DNA of 64,000 nucleotides from an uncultured bacterium (GTDB taxonomy: Bacteria; Zhuqueibacterota; QNDG01; CAYUAG01). Below are positions 9,316-18,733 of the stretch, piece after piece (within the stretch, counting starts at the first letter, position 1; the number at the start of each line of letters is the position of its first letter). The DNA lies in contig CAZETW010000001.1 in NCBI GenBank assembly GCA_964515295.1, positions 367 to 64,366 of the forward strand. Direction: 5' to 3'. A model generated the notes under the pieces. The model ran no database searches, was not told the origin of the DNA, and was given only the letters and a program-made list of their open reading frames with translations. A program made the position numbers and the translations under genes.

Positions 9316-9949
9316 AAAATTCCCCCACTATGGATTCACCGCCCCTGAGAACATCTCCTTTCGAAACAGTTAATTCAATATCATTCGGCAAAAAAAGTTC
9401 TACCCGTGATCCAAATCTTATCATACCAAATCTTTGACCTTTACAGACTTCATCTCCAATGTTTACAGTACTTATTATACGTCGGGCTATAATTCCGGCA
9501 ATTTGTTTTACAAAAACTTCTCCTGTCTTAGTTTTAATCCCAATTAAATTTGACTCATTATTTTGTGAAGCTTTATTTTTAAAGGCAGGATAGAATTTTC
9601 CTTTGTTGTATTTCTGAAATATTATTTCACCATCAATTGGAATACGATTAATATGAACATCCCATAAAGATAAATATATTGAAACTTTAATAAATTTCTT
9701 ATCAAAATATAAAAGTTCCTGATCAGATTTAATCTCGATTACTTTTCCATCTGAAGGTGAAATAATAATATTTTTTTCATGCGGCACTTGTCTATCGGGA
9801 TCACGAAAAAAGTGAAGTATAAATAAAAAAAGTAAAAACAGAATTATACCAATCATTAATAAAAAAACTTTTTTATTAATGATCCATAAAATTACTGTAA
9901 CAGCAAACAAAAGAAAAATAACAAGTAAAATTATTATTGGCTGTGTCAA
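9305..9949 (-). CDS. psd: Phosphatidylserine decarboxylase (short proenzyme type)
   Basis: N-terminal TM then Psd-family blocks (FVKQIAGIIARRI.., GQRFGMIRFGSRVELFLP with GS self-cleavage site). Operonic with pssA. Confidence 0.8.
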   Translation of the reverse strand: MTQPIIILLVIFLLFAVTVILWIINKKVFLLMIGIILFLLFLFILHFFRDPDRQVPHEKNIIISPSDGKVIEIKSDQELLYFDKKFIKVSIYLSLWDVHINRIPIDGEIIFQKYNKGKFYPAFKNKASQNNESNLIGIKTKTGEVFVKQIAGIIARRIISTVNIGDEVCKGQRFGMIRFGSRVELFLPNDIELTVSKGDVLRGGESIVGEFYEK

Positions 9950-10161
9950 TGAATCAACTCCTGCATTTTACAGCAACCTTTCGATTAATTATTTATAAGC
10001 ATCAGAAATCTGTCTTCTGTTAAGATAGAACCATGTGCTGCCAGGTTCTTTCACATCCCACGATCGACAATTATCAGGTGTTATATCACTCGCCAGAACT
10101 ATCTCATTATCTAATTTTTCAAATTCTACTTCAAAATAACCTAATTTATATCCTTTGAATC

Positions 10162-11457
10162 TTATAGAATACCAACTCTTTTAAAAATATTATCAACATT
10201 ACGTAACTGATATTTTAGATCAAAGCATCTATTAATCTCTTCTCGTGATAGATATTGATTAATATCTTTATCAATTTCTACCATTTCTTTAAAATCTTTA
10301 TTATTTTCCCAGCATTCCATAGCTGTCTTTTGTACAAGACTATAAGCTTCTTCACGGGTAATATTTTTTCTGGTCAAAGCTAAAAGTAATGCTTGAGAAA
10401 AAATCAAACCTCTGGTGATCTGAAGATTGTCTTGCATTTTCTGAGAATCAACCATAAGATTTTTTACAATGTCAGTAGTTTTATATAACATATAATCCCC
10501 AATAATATTACTATCAGGCAAAATAATTCTTTCTACAGATGAATGGGAGATATCTCTTTCATGCCATAAGGCCATATTCTCCAAAGCAGCCATTAAATTT
10601 GAACGCAGCAGTCTTGCCATACCCGAAACTCTCTCACAGGTTATAGGATTCTTTTTATGAGGCATTGCTGAAGATCCTTTTTGGCCTTTGGAAAAAAATT
10701 CCGATGCTTCACCTACTTCCGTTCTCTGCAGATGCCGTATTTCAACTGTTATTTTTTCCAGTAACCCTCCAATTATCGCTAAAGTAGATAAATACTCTGC
10801 ATGTCTGTCCCGTTGAACAATTTGGGTTGATACCGGTGCAGGATTAATACCCAGCTTTCGGCAGGCAGACTCTTCTACTTCCACATCAAGATGTGCAAAA
10901 GTTCCAACTGCTCCTGATATTTTCCCTACGGATACTGAATCGATACTCTTTTTTAGTCTGTCAATATTTCTTCCTGTCTCATCATACCATAAAGCAAATT
11001 TTAACCCGAATGTTGTAGGTTCTGCATGGATACCGTGAGAACGTCCTATACACACTGTATCTTTAAACTCAAGTGCCCGTTGCTTTAATACTTTTCTGAA
11101 TTCTTTAAGTTTGTTCAAAATGAGCATTCCTGCTTCTTTTAACTGCAGAGATGTTGCTGTATCCAGTACATCTGATGAAGTCATCCCCTGATGAATATAG
11201 CGAGAATCTTCACCAACTTTTTCAGCGACACTGGTTAAGAAAGCAATCACATCATGCTTGACAACTGCCTCAATCTCATCGATCCTATCAATATCAAAAT
11301 CAGCTTTTTGGTTAATATTTTCCCATGCTTTCTGAGGAATCTCTCCCCTCTCTGCCTGAACTTCACAAACTGCCAGCTCCACTTCAAGCCATTTTCTAAA
11401 ACGATTCTCCCGGGTCCATATTTTCCCCATTTCAGGAAGTGTATATCGTTTGATCAT
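10162..11457 (-). CDS. purB: Adenylosuccinate lyase
   Basis: 431 aa with fumarate-lyase signature GSSAMPHKKNP and PurB-type N- and C-terminal blocks. Confidence 0.95.
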   Translation of the reverse strand: MIKRYTLPEMGKIWTRENRFRKWLEVELAVCEVQAERGEIPQKAWENINQKADFDIDRIDEIEAVVKHDVIAFLTSVAEKVGEDSRYIHQGMTSSDVLDTATSLQLKEAGMLILNKLKEFRKVLKQRALEFKDTVCIGRSHGIHAEPTTFGLKFALWYDETGRNIDRLKKSIDSVSVGKISGAVGTFAHLDVEVEESACRKLGINPAPVSTQIVQRDRHAEYLSTLAIIGGLLEKITVEIRHLQRTEVGEASEFFSKGQKGSSAMPHKKNPITCERVSGMARLLRSNLMAALENMALWHERDISHSSVERIILPDSNIIGDYMLYKTTDIVKNLMVDSQKMQDNLQITRGLIFSQALLLALTRKNITREEAYSLVQKTAMECWENNKDFKEMVEIDKDINQYLSREEINRCFDLKYQLRNVDNIFKRVGIL

Positions 11458-11489
11458 AGTTACCCTCTTTTCCTTAACTGGTAGATTAC

Positions 11490-12707
11490 TTAATCTTCAT
11501 CATTTAAAATCAATTTTACTTCTTTTAATTTTCCATTACGATACACTATCAACTCTATTTCATTGTTTTCCCTGATATCAATACGATTTATTACTTGCTT
11601 TACATCATACGTAGAAGTGACTCTTTCTTTATTGATCATAACCACTACATCACCAATCTTGATATCTGTATTGTCAGCAGGTGATTCTTTCTCAACATTA
11701 GAGACAATCACTCCATCTCCTGGTGATATCCCCAAACGTAAAGCTTGCATAAATGAAAGATTATTTACCTCCAGACCGGTTGAGAATGATCTGTCGATCA
11801 TACCAATCCTTTTTAACTCCGGTAATATCTCCTTAGCTTTGTTGACAGGAATAGCAAAACCAATTCCAATGGAAGTTTTTTCATACTGACTGCCAGAAAA
11901 AATAAATGTATTAATACCAATGCATTCACCTAAACTGTTTACCAGAGGACCTCCGCTATTTCCTCCATTAATAGAAGCATCAGTCTGAATCATACCTGTA
12001 TAGGATCTGCCTTGTATAGCATATTCACCCTGAAAATCCATATCAGCAGCACTTACAACTCCAACCGTTACTGATGGTTTAGCACTAACATCAAATAATC
12101 CAAAAGGATTACCTAACGCTATCACCCACTCTCCAATAATTATATCATCAGAATCCCCAAGAGGGATATAGGGAAGATTCTTTCCGTCTATCTTTAATAA
12201 AGCCACATCATATTTTTTATCACTGCCGACCAGCTCAGCATTGAATTTTTTACCATCTGTCATAGTAACCACGATCTCTGTTGCCTCATGCACTACATGT
12301 TCGTTGGTCAATATATACCCATCAGAGGAAATTAAAAAACCTGATCCAAGCCCTTTGACTTTTTGCTCATATTCATATGGTTTAAAATAAAATTTAAAAA
12401 ATGAATCAAAATCTCGTGCATAATAACGTTTTATTTGAATAACATTAATTCCCACAATGGCCGGACTGGCTTTGGTAACAGCATTTGTTATGGCGTTCCG
12501 CCTGGACATATAAATATCATCATCATATAAAGCATTCTGCTCCTCATCAAGAGTAGTGAAAATTTTATCAGATGCTTTTCCTGTATTCTTACTATCCTGT
12601 TTTGGTGAACAAAAAAGCAGCAAAATTAAAATCGAAAAAATTATCATTGATAATAAAAATCGTTTAATATACATTTGTATATCCTCTAATTTTTTCTGAT
12701 TACACAA
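11490..12707 (-). CDS. htrA: Periplasmic serine endoprotease HtrA/DegP family (S1C) with PDZ domain
   Basis: Signal/TM anchor; catalytic triad context (TNEHVV, D..L.KID, GNSGGPLVN); C-terminal PDZ-like region. Confidence 0.9.
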   Translation of the reverse strand: MCNQKKLEDIQMYIKRFLLSMIIFSILILLLFCSPKQDSKNTGKASDKIFTTLDEEQNALYDDDIYMSRRNAITNAVTKASPAIVGINVIQIKRYYARDFDSFFKFYFKPYEYEQKVKGLGSGFLISSDGYILTNEHVVHEATEIVVTMTDGKKFNAELVGSDKKYDVALLKIDGKNLPYIPLGDSDDIIIGEWVIALGNPFGLFDVSAKPSVTVGVVSAADMDFQGEYAIQGRSYTGMIQTDASINGGNSGGPLVNSLGECIGINTFIFSGSQYEKTSIGIGFAIPVNKAKEILPELKRIGMIDRSFSTGLEVNNLSFMQALRLGISPGDGVIVSNVEKESPADNTDIKIGDVVVMINKERVTSTYDVKQVINRIDIRENNEIELIVYRNGKLKEVKLILNDED

Positions 12708-12780
12708 ATTTTTTCTTTAAAATTCATAATTTTTACAATGGTATCTTTTTACTTAATATTAATATAGTTGTGCCGCTATT

Positions 12781-13434
12781 CTACTTCACTTTCTTCCAAT
12801 CTGCTAAAAATTTATCAATACCAATATCAGTAAGAGGATGTTTGACAATCTGGTCAATTACTTTAAAAGGAATGGTTGCAATATGCGCTCCCATTAACGC
12901 AGCATCAACTACATGGAGAGGATTTCTAATACTTGCAACGATAACTTCTGCATCAAACCCAAAATTATCATAAATAGTGACAATACTGCTTACTAATTCC
13001 ATACCCATATGACTAATATCATCCAGTCTTCCCACAAAAGGACTGACATAGGTAGCACCAGCTTTTGCAGCAAGTAAAGCCTGTGAAGGTGAGAAAATCA
13101 GGGTCATATTAGTTTTAACATTTTCTCCTGAGAGCTGTTTGACTGCTTTTAATCCGTCTTTTGTTATCGGGATTTTAATTACCATATGCTCATCAAGTTC
13201 AGCAAGATCTTTTGCTTCCTTTACCATCCCTTTATAATCCAATGCTACTACTTCTCCGCTCACAGGTCCTTTGACAATTTCGCAAATTTCCTTTAGAATA
13301 TCTCTGAATTTCGCTCCGGTTCTTTCTACTTCTCTGGAAATTAAGGTAGGATTGGTTGTAACTCCGTCCAAAACACCAAGACTTGCAGCTTCTCTGATGT
13401 CATCAACATTAGCTGTATCAATAAAAAATTTCAT
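12781..13434 (-). CDS. tal: Fructose-6-phosphate aldolase / short transaldolase (TalC/Fsa family)
   Basis: 217 aa. [16 protein letters not shown]...[11 protein letters not shown] and Schiff-base lysine context [10 protein letters not shown]. Confidence 0.9.
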   Translation of the reverse strand: MKFFIDTANVDDIREAASLGVLDGVTTNPTLISREVERTGAKFRDILKEICEIVKGPVSGEVVALDYKGMVKEAKDLAELDEHMVIKIPITKDGLKAVKQLSGENVKTNMTLIFSPSQALLAAKAGATYVSPFVGRLDDISHMGMELVSSIVTIYDNFGFDAEVIVASIRNPLHVVDAALMGAHIATIPFKVIDQIVKHPLTDIGIDKFLADWKKVK

Positions 13435-13564
13435 TTAAGCCTCCCATTTGTTAATACAGAATGAATAGATTTTTCTGTAGTTGATTTAAAATTAATTTCA
13501 ATTACATATTTATATTATGCCATCAATTTAATTCTTTTCCATAATTTAACATATTTCAGAAATA

Positions 13565-14323
13565 CTAATTTTTATAATGTACTTTAATCAGATACAATCC
13601 ATACGGTGGAGCAGTAGGTCCGGCAAGTTCTCTGTTCCTAGCCTCCAGTATTTGCTTAAAATCTTCAGGAGTGAGATTCCCCTTCCCAACCTCAATGAAT
13701 GTACCTATAATAATCCGGATCATATTATGAAAAAATCTTACCGCATTTATTTGAAAAATTATTTCATCCCCAATGGATTTCCATTCTATTGTATGAACTG
13801 TAGAAATATTATCATAGTACCCTTCACTTTCTTTTTTACAAAAAGAAGCAAAATTATGCTCTCCTTTGAGATATTCTGAAGCCATCATAATAGGATGTAA
13901 CTGAAAATCACATTGCGGATACCAGCAATACTGTCTGCCAATAACCTTCGGTCGTGTTGAGATAATATATCTATATGTACGGTTAATTGCATCTTTTCTG
14001 GCATCAAATTTCTCTGTTTTCATCTCTGCGTCAATAACCCGAATATCTTCAGGAAGATAACTGTTTAATCCCTTACTAAACGCTGTGATTGGTAATGAAC
14101 TGTCAGTCTTAAAACTAAGAACCTGACCCAACGCATGCACCCCTGCATCTGTTCTTCCGGAGGCTGTAACCCTGATTTCCTTTTTTGTCATTTTAAACAA
14201 TCCTGTTTCAATTTCCTTTTGGACTGTTCTTTGGTCAGGTTGTATCTGCCATCCAGCAAAATCTGTCCCTTCGTATTCGATTGTCATCTTAATATATCGA
14301 TATTGTTCTGTGTCTCTGTTCAT
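13565..14323 (-). CDS. truA: tRNA pseudouridine(38-40) synthase
   Basis: RTDAGVHALGQV catalytic Asp block. The track ORF starts at 14416 and overlaps ecfT; the likely true start is the internal Met at 14323 (MNRDTEQYRYIKMTIEYEGT..) or 14287 (MTIEYEGTDFAGWQ, typical TruA N-terminus). Confidence 0.88.
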   Translation of the reverse strand: MNRDTEQYRYIKMTIEYEGTDFAGWQIQPDQRTVQKEIETGLFKMTKKEIRVTASGRTDAGVHALGQVLSFKTDSSLPITAFSKGLNSYLPEDIRVIDAEMKTEKFDARKDAINRTYRYIISTRPKVIGRQYCWYPQCDFQLHPIMMASEYLKGEHNFASFCKKESEGYYDNISTVHTIEWKSIGDEIIFQINAVRFFHNMIRIIIGTFIEVGKGNLTPEDFKQILEARNRELAGPTAPPYGLYLIKVHYKN

Positions 14324-14364
14324 TTTGAATTTTTTTCTTACGAACTGTTCTAATATAATACTAT

Positions 14365-15165
14365 TTATCCATAAATTATTATAAGTAAAGTTAGGGAAAA
14401 AAGCATACATAAACAAATAAAATCATTTTTCCTTAACTCTAAATATAAATAGCTGCTTCTGCCTTCACCTCCCCTATAGCCTCTTGCTTCCATTGCCAGG
14501 GATAATTCATGAGCTTTTCTGAAACCTGAAATAAAAAGAGGAACTACTAAAGGTATTATACTTCTTGTTCTATTAATAATATTTCCATCAAACTTAGCAC
14601 CACGGGAAATCTGAGCCTTTTTGATTCTTTCAGATTCTTCAATCAGAATAGGTATAAAACGCATGGCAATAGAAATAGTCATTGCTATCTCATGAGCTGG
14701 TAACCCGAGTTTAGCAAAGGGCTTCAAAAAATGCTCAATTCCATCCGTTAAACTCATTGGAGATGTAGATAAAGTCAGTAAACCTGCTAAAATAATTAAA
14801 ATAATTAATCTAAAAGTATAAAAAAACCCTTTATATAAACCTTCCAGAGATATATCCGCATCAATAACAGGAATAGTGACTAAAATTTTTCCTGGTGTAA
14901 AAAATCCGTGAAGTAATAAAGTCAGTAAAAAAAGTAAAATGAACGGTCTGATATTCCCAAATGCCAAGGTGAGTCTGAATTTAGCTAAATAATAAAAAAT
15001 AAAAATAATAATTGACAAAAAGAGAAGTATTTCAATTCTGGCTGTAAAAAAAATCAAGAACATCATAATCAAACAGGAAATAATCTTGATCCGGGGATCC
15101 AGAGCATGAACAACAGAATCTCTGGGAGCATATTGTCCTAAATTTATATTTTTTATACCTGCCAT
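14365..15165 (-). CDS. ecfT: Energy-coupling-factor transporter transmembrane component EcfT (CbiQ family)
   Basis: 266 aa polytopic. N-terminus (LGQYAPRDSVVHALDPRIKII) and ARGY..G consensus typical of EcfT/CbiQ. Confidence 0.7.
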   Translation of the reverse strand: MAGIKNINLGQYAPRDSVVHALDPRIKIISCLIMMFLIFFTARIEILLFLSIIIFIFYYLAKFRLTLAFGNIRPFILLFLLTLLLHGFFTPGKILVTIPVIDADISLEGLYKGFFYTFRLIILIILAGLLTLSTSPMSLTDGIEHFLKPFAKLGLPAHEIAMTISIAMRFIPILIEESERIKKAQISRGAKFDGNIINRTRSIIPLVVPLFISGFRKAHELSLAMEARGYRGGEGRSSYLYLELRKNDFICLCMLFSLTLLIIIYG

Positions 15166-15324
15166 AATCTGAAAAATAATAAAATATTTAGAAAACTACT
15201 GGGAAATTATATATTTTTTTTAAAAAAGTCAATGTAAAAGCAGGTTATTTTTCTATTTTTTTTCTTGACTTTTTTAAAGGATAGAATTATTTTAAAATTA
15301 TAGTATCTCATCTAATATTAATTC

Positions 15325-16290
15325 ATGGGTAATTTAATGGTTGAACTCCATCATGCAATTATTTCAATTTTGAAAGATTGCTTTAAAATAAAAAAAAATG
15401 AAAAAATACTTATACTTGCTGATGAGCCACAAAGTAAATTAGCCTATGAATTTTATTTAAAAGCAAAATGCCTGTCACATAATCCATCTTTATATATTTT
15501 ACCAAAAATCATAAAAAGAAATTACAGACCTTCCCTAACAATTAAACAGATCCTGCAATGTTCAGATTGTGCTATTCTTATTACCAGTAAATCAATCTCA
15601 CATATGAAAGCTCGCAGAAAAGCTTCCCGGTCCGGTACACGTATAGCCAGTATGCCGCAAATTAATGAAGATATATTAAAAAGAAATTTAGTAGGCAATT
15701 ATTCCGGTTTAATAAATACAAGCAGAAAAATTGCTGATATTCTTACTATTGGGAAAAAAATATACCTTACTACCCCCAAAGGAACAGAGCTATATTGTTC
15801 CATATCCCGGAAAAAAGGGTATTCAGATACTGGTATGATCCACAAACCTGGTAACTTTTCCAATATTCCTGCTGGTGAAGCCTGTGTCAGCCCGGTTCCT
15901 AATTCTACCCAGGGAACCATCATTATTGACGGTTCTTTTCCTGAGATCGGATTAATAAAGAATCCCGTTAAGATCTCTGTAAAAGACGGTTACGGAGTTC
16001 GGATCACCGGCGGTATTGAAGTTGAAAAGATCAGAAAAATTCTCCGGCCCTATGGCAGAGAAAGCAGAAATATTGCTGAGATTGGGATAGGAACAAACCC
16101 GCATGCGAAATTAACCGGTATTACACTTGAAGATGAGAAAGTTGAAGGGACTGTTCACATCGGACTCGGAAACAACATCTCTTTCGGAGGCACTAATAGC
16201 ATCCCGTGCCATAATGATGCAGTACTGCTTAATCCCACCATGGTGATTGACGGGAAAACTATTTTGAAGGATGGGAAGATAGTGGTGTAA
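15325..16290 (+). CDS. M29-family (thermophilic metalloprotease / aminopeptidase T-like) protein, short form
   Basis: Resembles Peptidase_M29 blocks (..EIGIGTNPHA.., ..HIGLGNN..CHND). 321 aa is shorter than classic AmpS, so the assignment is moderate. Confidence 0.5.
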   Translation: MGNLMVELHHAIISILKDCFKIKKNEKILILADEPQSKLAYEFYLKAKCLSHNPSLYILPKIIKRNYRPSLTIKQILQCSDCAILITSKSISHMKARRKASRSGTRIASMPQINEDILKRNLVGNYSGLINTSRKIADILTIGKKIYLTTPKGTELYCSISRKKGYSDTGMIHKPGNFSNIPAGEACVSPVPNSTQGTIIIDGSFPEIGLIKNPVKISVKDGYGVRITGGIEVEKIRKILRPYGRESRNIAEIGIGTNPHAKLTGITLEDEKVEGTVHIGLGNNISFGGTNSIPCHNDAVLLNPTMVIDGKTILKDGKIVV

Positions 16291-16465
16291 ATTCCCCTCA
16301 ATCATATTCTGAATGACATAATTGTATTCCAATGCTATGAGACTGAACAAGGCTGCAGTTTTTGAGCGGATGTATTCATCGACTGGTATCTTGAATATAT
16401 CATACCTATGTTTTTTGTGTGGTACCACCTTTTGGTCTTGTTAATGATACCTAATAAGACCATAA

Positions 16466-17626
16466 TTATTTAAAAATCACATCATGCAATCGTTCAACAG
16501 CTTTTCTCATATCGTTTTTATCAAAAATAAAAGTCAGCACATCAGTACTTTGATTTTTATCCGGAGTGAAAGAAAATTCTGTTATCTGTTCTGTAAGATC
16601 CTGTATAAATTTTTTTTTCCGGGCAATCCCCTGTCCAATCAGTGAAATCAAAACCTTATCATTTACAATTTTACAGGCTATCGATTTTATGCTGTAATCT
16701 TCAGCAATCCTATTGTTGCTGATCAAAGTCCCCCCCTCTTCCGCGTTAGCTGAATTTTTGATCCGTATAGGGATTTCTTTTTCTGCTGCAGGAGTTGTGG
16801 TACGGGGATGAAGCACTTTTGCCCCTGCTTTGGAAAGCTCATAAGCTTCTTTAAAACTAATAGCATCAATTGTTCTCGCCTTGCAACAAATACATGGGTC
16901 CGCAGTCATGATCCCAGAAACATCCTTCCATATCTGTATTTCATCCGCATTCAGAGCTGCACCTATAAGTGAAGCAGTTAAATCTGAACCCTCAAATCCC
17001 AAGGTAGTTATTTCTCCCCGTAAATCAGAGCCGATAAATCCCTGGATCACCGGTATCTCTCCGTTTTCAAGGATTTTGGGGATCATTCTGTTGATTTGTT
17101 CATACGTCTGCTCAATCAATGGTTTTGCACAGGTAAATGAACTGTCAGTGATAATAAAATCCCTGGAATTCATTAATCGCGCATTAAGTCCCTGCGACCT
17201 CATTGCACTGGTCATAATGCTCGTTGATAGTAATTCTCCATAGCTTAACATTGCATCCTGCATCTTTGCATCCAGTTTTTTCCCCTGTTGAATCCTTTCA
17301 CCCGATTCTTTTATCTGGTTAAAATAAAATTCCAGTAAAGGAATTACCATTTTAATTTCTTTAGCAGAGATCAGACTTTTTGTTAAGTCATTATGAAATA
17401 TACGGATATCATTGAAAATTTTTTTTACTGCTGTTTTCTTTTGTTCACCATAACTCTCAGACAGAGCAAGAAGTTTTCTGGTTGTTTTCCCCATTGCAGA
17501 AAAAACAATGATTTTTTGAGTATCAGAAGTACTCGAAATAATATTTATTACTTTCTTACAAACTTCAGGATTTTGGATCGAAGTGCCGCCGAATTTCATC
17601 ACTACCATTTTAATTTCTAACCTCAT
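16466..17626 (-). CDS. lysC: Aspartate kinase (monofunctional)
   Basis: VMKFGGTSI nucleotide-binding start, amino-acid-kinase fold, C-terminal ACT-like region. Start overlaps the upstream M20 gene. Confidence 0.85.
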   Translation of the reverse strand: MRLEIKMVVMKFGGTSIQNPEVCKKVINIISSTSDTQKIIVFSAMGKTTRKLLALSESYGEQKKTAVKKIFNDIRIFHNDLTKSLISAKEIKMVIPLLEFYFNQIKESGERIQQGKKLDAKMQDAMLSYGELLSTSIMTSAMRSQGLNARLMNSRDFIITDSSFTCAKPLIEQTYEQINRMIPKILENGEIPVIQGFIGSDLRGEITTLGFEGSDLTASLIGAALNADEIQIWKDVSGIMTADPCICCKARTIDAISFKEAYELSKAGAKVLHPRTTTPAAEKEIPIRIKNSANAEEGGTLISNNRIAEDYSIKSIACKIVNDKVLISLIGQGIARKKKFIQDLTEQITEFSFTPDKNQSTDVLTFIFDKNDMRKAVERLHDVIFK

Positions 17627-18614
17627 TAGCTAATCTACAATAAAGATCAACTGCCTGTATCAGCTCTTTTTTCAATATGGATTCTTCCATGGTATGTGCC
17701 TTTAAAATGGATCCGGGACCTAATAAAAAAGGTTTCCCCCAGTTAGAAAGAAGAGGTATATCAGTTGCAAATGAAACTACTGTGGTTTCAAAACCTTTGA
17801 CTGATTCCAGTCTTATCGGATCCGCTTCAAACTTATATATAATTTCATCTTTGTTTGTGATGTTTTTTTCTAATAATTCTTTAACAACAGAAACATTGGT
17901 GACTAACCGGTACATCATCTCGGCTCTGGCAAAATCCGGAATAACATTTGCACCAGTACCGCCTTCAATAATACCAATATTCCAGGTGGTTTTCCCCAAA
18001 GTATCATCATCAGGATATTCTTTCTCTCTCCACCTTTGTATAATATCAAATAACCTGATTATAGCCGATTCTCCCTGTCCCGGATAAGCAGAATGACCTG
18101 ACTGGCCGTAAGTTTTTACTTCCACTCTTAATGCACCTTTGCTACCGATTGCCAACTTATTTTCAGTAGGTTCCCCGCAAATAAGAAACCTGCAGTGATT
18201 ATCCATTTGATTGGCTGCCTTGGCTCCGTCACTCCCCCCTTCCTCACCTACCACTATTAATAAACCAATATTTTTCCATCCGGAATGTGTCAGTTTCTCC
18301 ACTGCTTTTATCTGGGCTGCCAGTATTCCTTTAGCATCACACGCGCCTCTTCCGTATATTGCATGTTTATCCTCTTTAATCGCGAGCAGAGGTTTTACAG
18401 TATCTATATGGGTCGAAAAAACAATATCCGGTTTGCCGATTTTTGCAAAAATATTATATCTGTTTTTCTCAACCTTCTGTAAATCTACAGTAAATCCAGA
18501 AGATTCAAAATAATCCTTTACAAACTGTACTGCTTTTTCTTCCTCTCCTGTAGGAGACGGTATCTGCATAAGAGCTTTAGTGAGTTCAAATAGTTCCATT
18601 GGTATCCTGTACAT
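17610..18614 (-). CDS. M20-family metallo-deacylase (DapE/ArgE-like)
   Basis: M20 metal-binding blocks (STHIDTV, GRGACDAKG, EEGG). Co-operonic with lysC (17-nt overlap). Specific substrate (succinyl-DAP vs acetyl-ornithine) cannot be told from sequence. Confidence 0.75.
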   Translation of the reverse strand: MYRIPMELFELTKALMQIPSPTGEEEKAVQFVKDYFESSGFTVDLQKVEKNRYNIFAKIGKPDIVFSTHIDTVKPLLAIKEDKHAIYGRGACDAKGILAAQIKAVEKLTHSGWKNIGLLIVVGEEGGSDGAKAANQMDNHCRFLICGEPTENKLAIGSKGALRVEVKTYGQSGHSAYPGQGESAIIRLFDIIQRWREKEYPDDDTLGKTTWNIGIIEGGTGANVIPDFARAEMMYRLVTNVSVVKELLEKNITNKDEIIYKFEADPIRLESVKGFETTVVSFATDIPLLSNWGKPFLLGPGSILKAHTMEESILKKELIQAVDLYCRLANEVRN

Positions 18615-18733
18615 TAGTATAATAACTTCTTATGATTAAATATATAATGCTAATTCATATAAAAATTTAAAAAAATTGTAATCCTTTAAAACAAACAGGA
18701 AAATTAATTGATTATTCAGCTTTATAAAAAATT

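Noticed and set aside
10000-10160. Minus-strand reading frame encoding a protein-like C-terminal peptide (...TPDNCRSWDVKEPGSTWFYLNRRQISDAYK*) in the 210-nt gap between purB and psd
   Set aside because: No in-frame ATG/GTG/TTG start after the upstream TAG. Too short. Could be a gene remnant, but it cannot be supported as a feature.
15699-15923. 74-aa antisense ORF inside the aminopeptidase gene, and similar small antisense ORFs (16111-16428, 17393-17620, 18285-18482)
   Set aside because: Embedded in well-supported genes on the opposite strand, with no independent signals.
16419-16428. GTGGTACCAC palindrome between convergent genes as a terminator
   Set aside because: Zero-loop 10-nt palindrome (contains a KpnI site) and cannot form a stable hairpin. 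The following T-rich stretch is weak.
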